Assembly: GCF_963921235.1 (NCBI RefSeq)
Contig: NC_086097.1
Span: 35,280,001-35,344,000, forward strand
DNA length: 64,000 bases
Reading direction: 5' to 3'
From: Mobula hypostoma
Lineage: Eukaryota
A model generated the notes under the pieces. The model was not told where the DNA came from, searched no databases, and worked only from the letters and a program-made list of their open reading frames with translations. Both the position numbers and the translations under genes were made by a program. Shown piece by piece: positions 35,992-47,894 of the stretch. Within the stretch, counting starts at the first letter, position 1, and each line of letters opens with the position of its first letter.

Positions 35992-38900
35992 TGCACAGCA
36001 GCGTAATGATTAGTATAATGCTTTATAGTATCAGTGACCCAGGCTTAATTCCTGCAGCTGTCTATGAGGGAAGACACTCAGGATCGGATGGATGGCAAAA
36101 GAGCAAAGATAACATGCTGTCAGACTGTCAAGAAGGGCAGGCAGATGATAGGACAAAATTGACGCTAGCAAGGAGAGTATCAGTGCATTCAGGATGTAGA
36201 AACAAAACGGTAGCAAAATACAGTGCTCAAAGTGTTATGGCCCAATGCACAGAATATAAGAAATAAGGTGGATGATCTTACACTTTTACAGACCGTCGGG
36301 GATGATGTTGTGGCCATCACTGATTCATGACAGAAGGATCATTGTAGTTGGGAGGTCCACGTCCAAGGTTACACATTCTATCGGAGGGATAGGAAGGCAG
36401 GCAGAGGGATCTGCTAGTAAAGAATGGCACCACATCAGTAGAAAAATGTTACATAGGATTGGTAGATGTTGAATCCTTATGGGTTGAGATAAGAAACTGC
36501 CAGGGTAAAAGGACGCTGATGGCAATTATATAGAGGCTCCCATTAGTGGCTGGGATGTGGACCACAGATTACAGCTGAAAAAAGAAAAGTTTTGCTAAAA
36601 GGGCAATATTATGATAGTCATGGAAGATTTTAACATGCAGAGAGATTGGGAAAATTGGGTTGGTAATGCATCTCAAGAGAGTGAATTTGATGAATGCCTA
36701 TGAGATGGCTTTTTAGGGGAATTTGTCATTGAGCCTACTAAGGGATCAGTTATACTGGATTGAGTGTTATGTAATGAATTGGAGGTGATTAAGGAGTTAA
36801 AGGAACCCTTAGGGAGGCAGTGATCACAATATGATTGAGTTCAACTTGAAATTTGATAGGGAGGAAGTAAAGTCTGATGTAGCAATATTTCAGTAGAGTA
36901 AGGGAAATTACAATGTTATGATAGAGGAGTTGGCCAAAGTAAATTGGAAGGAGCTGCTGGCAGCAATTACAGTAGAGCAGCAATGGCGTGAGTTTCTGGG
37001 AAAAATGGTGGAGGACGGATGTATTCCAAAAACAAAGAAATACTCAAATGGCAAAATAGTGCAACCATGGCTGTGAAGAGAAGTCAAAGCTAATGTAAAA
37101 GCAAAAGAGAGGGCATACAACAAAGCAAAAATTAGCAGGAAGGCAAAAGTATGGGAAGCTTTTAAAACCTACAGAAAGCAACTAAAAGAATCATTAGGAA
37201 GGCAAAGATGAAATATGAAAGCAAGCTGGCAAATGCTATCAAGGTGGATAGAAAAAACTTTCTCAGGTATGTAAAATATAAAAAAAGAGATGAGAGTGGA
37301 TATAGCACCACTATAAAATGAGGCTGGAGAAATAATAACGGGGGACGAGGAGATGTCAGATGAACTAAATGAGTATTTTGCATCAGTCTTCACTGTGGAA
37401 GACACTAGCAGTGTGCCAGGTGTTGAATGGTGTGAGGGAAAATAGGTGAGTGCAGTTACTATTACAAGGGAGAAGGTGTTCAAAAAGCTGAAAGACTTAA
37501 AGGTACATAAGTCACCCAGACCAGATGAACTGCACTCTAGAGTTCTGAAAGAGCTAGTGGCTGAGATTGTGAAGGCATTAGGAAAGATGTTTCAAGAGTC
37601 ATTGAACTCTGCCATGGTTCCAGAGGACTGGAAAATTGCAAATGTCACTCCACTCTTTAAGAAAGGAGGGAGGAAGCGGAAAGGAAATGATAGACCAGTT
37701 AGCCTGACCTCCGGTGTTGGGAAAATGTTGCAGTCAATTAATAAGGATGAGGTTATGGAATAGTTGGTGACACAGGACAAGATAGGACAATGCAGCATGG
37801 TTTCCTTAAGGGAAAATCTTGCCTGATGAACCTGTTGGAATTCTTTTAGGAGATTACAAGTAAGATAGATAAAGGGGATGCAGTGGATGTTGTATATTTG
37901 GACTTTCAGAAGGCCTTTGACAAGGTGCTACACATGAGGCTGCTTACAAAGTTAAGAGCCCATGGTATTATAGGAAAGTTACTGGCATGGTTAGAGGACT
38001 GTCTGATTGGTAGGAGGCAGTGAGTGGGAATGAAAGGATCCTATTCTGATTGGCTGCAAGTGACTATTGTTGTTCTGGAGGAGTCAGTGCTGGGACCACT
38101 TCTTTTCATGCTGAATATCAATGATTTAGATGGTGGAATAGATGGCTTTGTTGCCAAGATTGCAGATGATATGAAGGTTGGTAGAGTGGCATGTAGCATT
38201 GAGGAAAACAGGAAAGGATTTAGATAGATTAGGAGAATACAAGGAGCTGACAAATGAAATACAATGTCATGCACTTTGGTAACAGAAATAAATGTGCAGA
38301 CTATTTTCTAAATGGGGAGAAAAAAAAATCTGAGATGTAAAGGGATTTGGGAATCCTTGTGTAGAACACCCTAAATGTTAAATTGCAGGTAGAGCTGGTG
38401 GTGAGGAAGGTAAATACAATGTTAGCATTCATTTCAAGAAGTCCAGAATACAAGAGCAGGGATGTGATGCTGAGGCTTTCTAAGGCACTGATGAAGCTTC
38501 ACCTTGAGCATTGTGAACAGTTTTGGGATCCTGTTCTGAGAAAAGATGGGCTGGCATTGGAAAAGGTTCAGAGGAGGTTCACAAGGATAATTCCAGGAAT
38601 GAAAGTGTTATTATACAAGGAACGTTTGATGGCTCTGGGTCTGTAGTCGCTGGAACTTAGAAGGATGGGGCATCTCATTGAAACCATTCAAATGCTGAAA
38701 GGCCGAGACAGAGTAGATATGGAAAGGATGTTTCCCATGGTGGCGGAGTCTAGGACAAGAGGGCACAGCCTCAGGCTCCAGTTAAAAGAGAAGTGCGGAG
38801 AAATTTCATTTGTCGGAGGGTGGTGAATTTGTGGAATTTGTTACCACAGGCAGCTGTGGAGGCCATGTCGTTGGTTGTATTTAAGCTGGAGATTGATAGG

Positions 38901-39264
38901 TTGTTGCTTGGCCTCAGCATCAAAGGTTATGGGGAGAAGGCTGGGAAGTGGGGCTGAGGAGGGAAAAAAATGATCAGCCATGATTGAATGGCAGAACAGA
39001 CTCAATGGGCCAAATGGCCTAACTCTGCTCCTATTCCTTATGGTCTTATGGAGCTTGTATGTTCTCCCTGTGACTGTGTGTGTTTCCTCCGGTTGTTCCA
39101 GCCCACCCACAGTCCAAAGATGTACCGATTGGTAGGTTAATTGGTCATTGTAAATTGTCCTCTGATTAGGTTAGGGTTAAATCTAAGGAAAACTAGGCAG
39201 TGTGTTTTGAATGGTCTGATTGGACTACTCCACGCTGTATCTCAATAAGTAAGTAAATAAATAA
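35992..39264 (+). mobile_element. tRNA-headed V-SINE split by a CR1 (head 35992-36069, body 39050-39264)
   Basis: Decayed A/B-box-like head (agcgtaatgattag...ggcttaattcc...gctgtctatgagg) continues as gagcttgtatgttctccctgtgac...cagtccaaagatgtac with a taaa tail. Confidence 0.75.
36070..39049 (+). mobile_element. Degraded CR1 LINE (APE-RT-3' end)
   Basis: VPEDWKIANVTPLFKKG, IADDMKVG, HLEHCEQFW motifs with many stops; tail ttatggtcttatg. Confidence 0.9.
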
Positions 39265-39284
39265 ATTCTGACATGGAAGATGTA

Positions 39285-39660
39285 AAGAAAATGTGCTGGA
39301 AATGCTTAGCAGTACAGGCAGCATATGAGGAAAGAGAAATTAAATGAAAATTTTAGATCAGTGACCTTACACTTGCTCTTCACAAAAGCTGCCTGACCTA
39401 TTGAGCATCTGCAGAATTCTGTTTTTACTTCAGATTTCCAGCATCCACAATTTTTGCTTTTGTTATTTCTTTTATAATGCAGAATGTCGTAGGGGATATG
39501 GTGAAAAGAATTCTAGTTACTCTGACCATAAAATCACAAGGCAATGCCAACATTGGAAGTCTGAAATAAAACAGAGAATGCTGGTCTGTGGTGAGAGAAA
39601 CGGGTGTAGTATTTTACTTTGATATTCTGATGAAAGTCATTACCTTTCATTCTGTCTCCA
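39285..39660. repeat. Short degraded PLE pseudo-LTR-end relics (39285-39450 palindromic; 39550-39660)
   Basis: gctggaaatgcttagcagtacaggcagc inverted against gctgcctgacctattgagcatctgcag; cagatttccagcatc terminus as in the PLE at 23655-23700. Confidence 0.6.
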
Positions 39661-40372
39661 AGAGAAAAAAATTAAACTCATTTTTCTAATTAAATTTTTT
39701 CTGCATGATTGTTCCAAAAGGTAATGTAAAATAGTTGAATTTTGTAGTGAGAGATACCTGCCCAAGAGAATTAAATTGTATCCACTTTTTTTCAGCATAA
39801 TGTTGGGTAAAGAGTTCTCACCTCCAAACTGATAAACTCTTTTAAGCTACAATATATTACTGGTAACATTTACAACCAACTGTATAATTTATTTGATGTA
39901 TTAAAGGCTAATATAAATCTTAGCACAATGCAAATGAGTGCACTAAGTAAAATGGTTTACAATTTGTCAAAGCAAAACAGGTTAGTACCTCCATAATATG
40001 ACCATTAGGCAAATTGAACTAGACAAGAGGAGCACATGGATTTTGAGTGAGAGGCTGTTTCAGATAATTAACAAGCGCCATTGGGGCAGGATAGCTTGTG
40101 ACTTAATTAAACAAAGTAACATTTAGTATGTGTGAATTCTGATGAAGTGTGAACTGATCATTTATTCAGGTCAGTTAAGTAGTTTTGAGGAAGTTGACAA
40201 GATATCTTGCATGGAAATAATGAACTTGATCCAAAAAAAAAAGCAGCTCTAAAAATCATTTATGGTTTCCAAGGTAACATTGGCTTTAAATTATAATGGT
40301 TATCTCCATATTAAGATAGAACTGTTTTTAATGTTACTTTATACTTCATGTTTTAGATTAATGAACCTGTCA

Positions 40373-40860
40373 CAACACATTGAGCACATCTACAAGGTGT
40401 GTTGCCACAAGAAAGCAGCCTTCACCATTGAGAACCCCACCATCCAGTCCATACTCTCTTCTTACTGCTACCTTTGGGCAAGAGGTAGAGGAGCCTCAGG
40501 TCCCATACCACCAGGTTCAGGAACGGCTGTTACCTTTCAACCAGTGTGGATAGCTTCACTCATTTTAACACTAAACTGATCACTGAACACAACCTATGGA
40601 CTCACTTTCAAGGCCTCTACAAATCATGTTCTCAGTATTATTTATTTACTTTATTATTATTATTATTATTATTACTTGTTTTTTGTATTTGGGCTGTTTG
40701 TCTTCTTTTGCACTTTAGTTGTTTATCAGACTTTGTAGTAGTTATTCATTGATTCTGTTATATTTCCTTGTTCTACCGTGAATGTTCGAAAAAAGTAAAT
40801 CTCAGGGTAGTATATGATGACATATACATACTTTGATATTAAATTCATTTTAAACTTTGA
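40373..40860 (+). mobile_element. Rex1/Babar LINE 3' fragment
   Basis: KKAAFTI...HPVHTLFLLLPLGKR*RSLRSHTTRFRN; tail tactttgatattaaattcattttaaactttga; same family as 16069-16545. Confidence 0.8.
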
Positions 40861-41461
40861 ATGCCTGTAAGAAACAACCTGTTTATGATTATAAGAATGC
40901 ATGTTAGATCCAGGCTGATTGGTTAAAAAAATAGAAAAGTACTTTGCTATTATTTAGAGACTTTTTCTTGGAGATGGCCTGCTTTCTGCTGAGATAGAAA
41001 CTGATCCTTTGTTAGGGAAGGGTTTGTTACTAGGTCCTGGATAAAAAATGGGTGCAGGTTGATGGAAGCAGGCAGTTTAAATGGTTTGGCGGAGATTAGA
41101 TGGGCCAAAGGGCCTGTTTCCGTGCTGTACTTTCTTATGACTATGGTTTATGGTTAATTAGTTAAGGGGTAGGGACAGTTTATGACTTACATTCTGCCAT
41201 CCCCTCTCTCCTTGGTCTCCTTGTGAAAGGTAATTCTTAAGAGAATGCAAGGGGATTCTTGTTGCTGAGAGACATTGTTCTGAAATTAATCGATTGCTGA
41301 ATTTTAAAATTCTGGAAGTACGTAAAAGATCAGATGTAAATAGTGCAGAAAAATAATGTTTCATTAGAGCTCATCAGCTCTGTTACAAACTGGAATGGGT
41401 GGTTATCTCAAGTCGCTGAATTCACTTGTAAGGGTGGTAACGTGCCAAGTTGGAGGATGAG

Positions 41462-42033
41462 CAATGTTCCCTCTAAGGTGTGCATGTGTACTCACTCACA
41501 CATCTTTTGCTACTAGCGCACAAAGGAATTTAAACTGCACACAAAAGGTTGTCACCCTCTACCTCGTTGGCATATTAAGTATATTTCACAATTGTACACA
41601 ATCATATTTCCTTTTCCATTTTCTGGGGCGGACAGTGTTGACAACATGGATTTTGCTTTGATTTGTCTGCAGATTTTGGAACTGGCTTATTTATGCTGTT
41701 CTTAATTGAAGAAATTATTGATTTACTATGTCAAACTCAAAAGAAGCAAAAAGGCGCAAAAGAACTGCTAGTTTATTTAAAGTGGAATGGCTTAATGACC
41801 AGTTCAAACAATTTTATAACATGTGAGAAGATTGATATTATTACATGCTGTTGTATAGAAAATGAGGAATAAGACTCATTGGTGTGTATTATTATATTTC
41901 TTTTAAACAATGAACAACAAACTGGATTTGGTAGTTTATTATCCTTAGAATAGCTTCAGGTTTACTTCCACAAAAAATTGCACAGCTCAAGATTTTTGCA
42001 CACACCTGTCATTACAAATTAGAGGGAGCATTG
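41462..42033. mobile_element. Non-autonomous hAT MITE
   Basis: TIRs caatgttccctctaa / ttagagggagcattg; perfect 8-bp TSD aggatgag (41454-41461, 42034-42041). Confidence 0.92.
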
Positions 42034-42194
42034 AGGATGAGGTATTGCTGTTCATATTTGCATTGTGCTTTGTTGGAATACCATAAGACATTCTCTCCAC
42101 AGATGCTGCCAGTCTTTGTCTCACTGTGTACATAAGTGTATACTGATGAATTGAAACTTGTTACATACACCTGTTAGGGTGCATTCTCTGGATA

Positions 42195-42532
42195 CCTTAT
42201 AAGGTAACCGTAACTTTCAGCCAGGAGCAGTTGTCATCAGGTGGTTCCCAACCTTCACAGAGTGTTTCAACCCCTAATCATGACACTCTCCAGTTGGTGG
42301 GCCGGCAGCGGTGGCCAAATCACTGCCCATCTGCTCCTGGCTTCTAGCTTCCCTCCTCTGGCTTATTCCAAATGCAACAAGAGGCTCGTTCTGCCTCTTT
42401 CCCCATCCTACCAGCTGCTGTTTTTTGCTCCTTTCAGTCAGGCCCAGATCTAACAACAACCGCCATGCTGATTTGGCTGGGAAACCTCTGTAGCCGATCT
42501 CCACAGGGAACAACCATGCCTGCCACCCCTTG
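42195..42532 (-). mobile_element. 3' fragment of a HERO-clade (R2-group, restriction-like endonuclease) non-LTR retrotransposon
   Basis: Minus strand GWQAWLFPVEIGYRGFPAKSAWRLLLDLGL then, after a frameshift, AAGRMGKEAERASCCIWNKPEE; fits the HERO C-terminal GWxxxxxPVEVGCRGF...AERASxWLW pattern. Confidence 0.78.
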
Positions 42533-45500
42533 AGGTGTCTGAAATATCTTGAACTTTCTAAGACATAAAACAGGCAGTGTATCACAAATTGGCTTTTGCA
42601 CTATGTTATCCATCTGTGATACCACCTCAGTTTTCCTCTCTCCAGTAACACACCCCTGACCTGCTGCACATGACCTACAATTCCATTCCATACTTTTCAC
42701 TTTTTATTGGCACGGCCCGTAATGAATCAACAAACGCACTTTTTATTGATATTTATTTATATTCTCATTCTTTTCCTTCCTTCATCTTATAGCTTTTGTT
42801 GAATTTCTTTCTAAGAGCTTACATTAACATGACCTGCACAATGTACTCTTTGGCAACACCTTAGCCTTGTGTTTTGCTTGTCTTCGCCGTCCTTCTCCAA
42901 CCTTCAGACGACTTTTTTCTCTCTTCCCCAATTCTGACCGGGAATGTGAACTGATTCTCTATCCACAGGTACTGCCGGATCTGCTGAGTGTCTGCAGCAT
43001 TTCAACTTTTATTTCAGGTATCCAGCTTCTACAGTTTTATAATTTTCATTTATCACTCACCGTATCTTGCTCTGCATTTTAAGTGTTCTGTATTTGGATA
43101 AAGTCCTCAGTTGCAGTGAGGCTTGAGGCTGGTGTGAGTATCCATTCTTCATTACAGCCAGCAGAAGTTTAAAATCTGATTATTTTATGTAAATATTCAC
43201 ATTTTCTGCTGAGAATAATCTTTTGCTGCTTTGAGAATATTACTTCCATAAATCTAGCCATTACCCACTCCTAAAATTGTGGATTTCACACTTCTGAAGT
43301 GACTAAGAAGCTCTTAAGCTGTATGCTTGATGTTAATCTGTCAATAACGAGCACAATTATAGGGCTACCAAATCTCAGCCACAAATAAGATTTATCTTTT
43401 GCCTAAGGTTATGGTATTGCCCAAACGTATTGAGAAAGTCACAGGGTAGACTGAGCCTCTTTACAGAGTTGCTGAAATTAACAATAGTAAGTCAAGGCAT
43501 TACAAAAGCAAATGTAATTTTGTAGGCAAGTCAAATTCTATGCCAGTTGCCCTTGAAGTGCAAGTGAAGTTAGAGGATGATCAGTACATTGTAGAAAGGT
43601 ACAGGAAGTCACAATGCTGTTCTGTAAACAGAGAATTTCAGTTCAGAGTTTTATTTCAATTGCGAAGATTTATGAGGAAGAAACTGGAGTCAAGGGCCGG
43701 AGTTATTTTATATCTGATGGTTGTGAGATAAATGTTTGCCATCTCAACCCAATTGTTGACTGGCATAAATGTGTGATGTAATACTAGTTCTGTTATAATG
43801 CTCTTTATGTCAGGGAAACCAGCCCCAGGATGCCCTATAAAAGACTTGACTCAGTAATCCAATTGGGATGCAATAATAATTACAAAACTATTGACAGCAC
43901 CAAGGTTGGTACTAACCAGCCTATCCTCTGGGCAACAGAGCAACATGGATTAACTTGTTCATAAATCAGTCTGTGCCCTTAACTGTGTACTTTTCCTTAT
44001 TGCTCAGTGGTACGTGATTGTCTAGATCATTAAAGCTCATAGAGCCTATTGCCTGTCTTCAAGCAGTCCCTGCTGTTTCAGAAGTGGGCAAAAGTCAGGG
44101 ATTTAAAGCAATTGGTAGAAGGACTTGAGAGGAGATGAAGAAAATCTTTTCATCTGGAAAGTGTTATGTGTCAGGAATGCTCTATAGTATAGTAGTGGCG
44201 GGAACCCTTATCACATTAAAACAGTGCTCAGATCTGTACTGGAAGAACCATACGACCTCAATGGTTCCTCTCTGTCTAGCTTCATTCACCTAATGGTTAT
44301 CTAACAGCACTTTTAAGTAGTTGCACTCCAGTAAAGTACGTAATGGCTTGTGTGTGAAATGGAAAAGATGTGCTCTTAAGACAGAAGCAAGCTGTTGGGT
44401 AAGAGCAAGGGTAGGATCAAACTGGATTTCCCCTTGCTTCTCTTTAATCAAGTAACCTACAGACTGACCTGCTATTCAATAAAGAGTTGCCATTTGATAG
44501 AGCTACCTTGGGATATCTCCTGGTGTGTTCATCCTTTCAAAGGAAATCGGCATGCAGCTACCTGCTAACAGGTTTAAAAGCCTTTCAGTGCATTTGTAGG
44601 TTATTACTTCTAGTTACTTTGTGCAAATGACAGTTATTATATTGTCACATTAATTCAGTTACTAATGTATATCTGACTATAATTAGCTTCAGAAATGTAT
44701 GTGGTTTGTAAGCAGAAAGAATATAATGCCACTCATAAAGGAACAAGTATGTAAAATGGCCCAGTGTCTGGAAGAAGTTCATAATACTGACTGGAGAATT
44801 CTTGATTTTGCCTATTGTCTGATAAATGAGACAATACAGAAACTAATAAAAGCTTCAGTTGTATTTCAATATTTTTGGGACATAAAAACCTATAACTAGA
44901 GCATTTGGGTACTTGAATTGCATTAGCATTATACGTAATAGTGTTGATTGTAAAAGGTTAATATTCGCTTTAAGGCTGCTGCCTCTTTGAATTCAGTAAC
45001 AGGTGGTTGACTGCTGTCTGTGTCACATGCAATGTTTGTCGAAGCTTATGAGGTCAGTACTGTGGAGCCTTTTAATAAAAGCAATCATTTTTATTGGAGC
45101 TCTTGAAAACTGATGAGTTCCACTCTTTGCACTGTAGACGCACATAGAACCCAGATACTACATTTATGAGAGGGTGAATGCGGAACTGTTGTAATTTATG
45201 TTAAATGAGTTAATGTCGGGTGAAATAGCAAAGGAAGGAATTTCAGATGAATGGATGTCCTGCGGTGTAACTTCAGGGCCTAGCTAATTCAACTTATATT
45301 TTCTGCTTGCCTTCCCTGATTTTCTTTTGAATGAATTCAGGTTGACAGGTGGAAAATTGCTTAAGGATGTGCTCGGCCTAAATTTTTCTGGTGGGTTTCC
45401 ATAAGAAGCTGGAGAGACCACAATAAGTAATTTCCATGGTCAAGATTCACAACAAATGCTGTCTACACCACTACTTGCCAACTCCCCTATTGAGAAATCA

Positions 45501-45630
45501 AGAAAAAAAAGGTCAAGCTCTTGCCATTTAAAAGCACCTTAACTTCTTAGATAGATAGTGGAGCCGGACTTTTCAAACTCTACAAAACACAGTTGCAGTC
45601 AGAATGTTTTGTCGCTGTTGTATGTGATTT

Positions 45631-46740
45631 AGCAGAGAATGATGGAAACTTTCATCAGGCAGGGAATATCTGTGGGGAGAGATACAGAGTTAATGTTTTG
45701 GTGAATCACCTTTCATCAGAATTGGAAAAGGTTTGATAGGGAATAAGTTTTGAAAAGATAACTTTATTGACTCGCAATTAGCTCTGTTTCTCTCTCTACC
45801 CATGTTTCCTGACCTGATCCATATTTTCTGTATTTTCTGCTTTTATTTCAGATTTCCAGTATCCTTAAGAAACAACTCTTAAGATGTTGAGAATGGGGTG
45901 GATAGTGAGGGAGAGATCAAAATGAAAGGTCTGCAATAGGTAAAGGCTGAGAAGGTTAAATGAGAAAGAAATGGTGTTTCAAGAAAAATATAAAAGATAA
46001 GTCAAGACATATTGTAAGTAAGGATAGCAGATTTCTATCTGAAATTGTTGATCTCAATCTAAAGTCCTGAAGGCTCTAAAGTTCTGGTTAAAGCTGAAAA
46101 TTAGAAAAAAAAATCATCTTCTGGGAGTTTTGTATTTTGACAAGCAGCATGATTGACCATGTGAATACAAGCACATTTAGCCCCAGGACATGGCACCAGT
46201 ATTAGAAAGGATTATACACAAGAATATCTGCAGATGCTGGAAATCCAGAGTAACACACACAAAATGCTAGAGGAACTCAGCAGGTCAAGCAGTATCTATG
46301 GAGAGCAATAAAAAAATCGATATTTCAGACAAGATCCTCCATCAGGACTGGAATGGAAAGGGGAAGAAGCTAAGGGCTTAGAAAGGATTAAATTACTTCA
46401 CTAGTCAAGAAAAAGTTCTCTTACCATACTTTCCTGAACTGCCCTATTATCGCCATTTTTTGTTTCCTCTTCACGTACGTCTCCACCATTAACAACAGGA
46501 CACTTCATTGGGACCAATTCTACTTTAATTTCCACAGTCAACATCTGCTCCTGCTCTCATATTCTTGCCCACACGGATATTTTGTTCTTCTCAAATTGGT
46601 CTTAATGCTAAAGTGTCTTGAACATCTTCAGAACATTTCTTCAGAGTCTATGCCAACCCATTCTTCTGCAGAGCAAGCAAGCACATGAAGGAAAATTTCA
46701 ACATCTGGAGGAGAATAGACATCACCGTATGCAAATTTCA
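45631..46740. repeat. Cluster of degraded PLE relics (45631-45864 palindromic; 46217-46370 minus pLTR end with decayed hammerhead at 46316-46349; possible GIY-YIG relic 46480-46740)
   Basis: ctgcagatgctggaaatccagagtaacacacacaaaatgctagaggaactcagcagg parallels 23660-23725; minus strand agtc-ctgatgg-aggatcttgtct-gaaa-tatc. Confidence 0.65.
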
Positions 46741-46759
46741 ATATATGCAGGTGGGCTGA

Positions 46760-47755
46760 GGGGATTTACCAGGATGCTGCCTGGATTACAGAAATTATCT
46801 TTAATAAGGAAAGTTTATGAGAGCTCGGGCTTTTCTTCTTGGAACGAAGGAGGATGAGAGGCAACTTGATTGAGGAGCATATGAGAAGATGTCTGAGGAA
46901 GGTGTTTTACACAGAGAGTGTAAAATGCCTGAATACACTGCTGGGGTGGTGGTTAAGCTTATACATTAGGGACATAAGATGAACGAGAAATGGAGAGTTA
47001 TGGGCTGTGTAGGAGGGGAGGATTAGATTGGTTGTGGAGTAGGTTTAAAGTCGGCAAAACATCTCCTAGAACAGAACACAGAGCAGTGCAGCACAGTATG
47101 GCTAAAGAGACCATGCGTGCTGTACTGTTCTGTGTCCTAATGTCAGCGCCCATGCATGCTGTACTGTTCTGTGTCTTAATTTCAGGGACAAAAGGAGAAA
47201 TGTAAATGTAATTTATAGGACACTGCAGGAATATCCTTAGGGGATTTCTTGAGGCATCCCTTGCAACATGTCAAAATTTGAGAAGAGGATTGGGAATGTT
47301 TTCTGTGACTGTTCTTGTAGTGCTTGATGCAGGTTATACAGTATCTTTGTTTACCATTGACCATTTAGAGATTTCTTCATGGTGAGCCATGAATATTCCA
47401 GTTCAGTTTGGTCAGACAAAAAACTCCTCAACAATTTATCAGAGAAGAAATGTGGTCCTGGAAATGTTTAGGATGTTTGGATTTCCCTGCTTCCACATAC
47501 TCTCACTATCATAGAAACATAGAAAACTTACAGCACAATACAGGCCCTTTGGCCCACAAAGCTGTACCGAACATGTCCTTACCTGAGAACTACCTAGGCT
47601 TGCACATAGCCCTCTATTTTTCTAAGCTTCATGTATCCATCCAGGAGTCTCTTAAAAGACCCTATTAATTCCGTCTCCACCACCACCAGCAGCCCATTCC
47701 ACGCACTCACCACTCTCTGTGTAAAATAACTTACCCCTGACATCTCCTCTGTACT
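46760..47755. mobile_element. Two CR1 3' fragments (about 46760-47180 plus; 47510-47755 minus)
   Basis: FTRMLPGL motif on plus; catagaaacatagaaaac tail of a minus copy matching the one at 58839. Confidence 0.75.
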
Positions 47756-47894
47756 ATCATCAAGATCAATCTGTTTCTTCCTTTGGTAGCTTTAAGTGAT
47801 GTTCACGTTGCAGCTTGAAGCTAACAAATATGCGGTATTGTACAGAACAATCTTTCGTAGGGCATCAGAGTTCTCAGCATTAGAGAATCTTGCT

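Noticed and set aside
35992..36069. tRNA gene
   Set aside because: Decayed tRNA-derived SINE head without a full cloverleaf.
45096..45125. ctgatga near gaaa as another hammerhead
   Set aside because: Only a simple hairpin (ggagctc/gagttcc); no stem III or NUH site in register.
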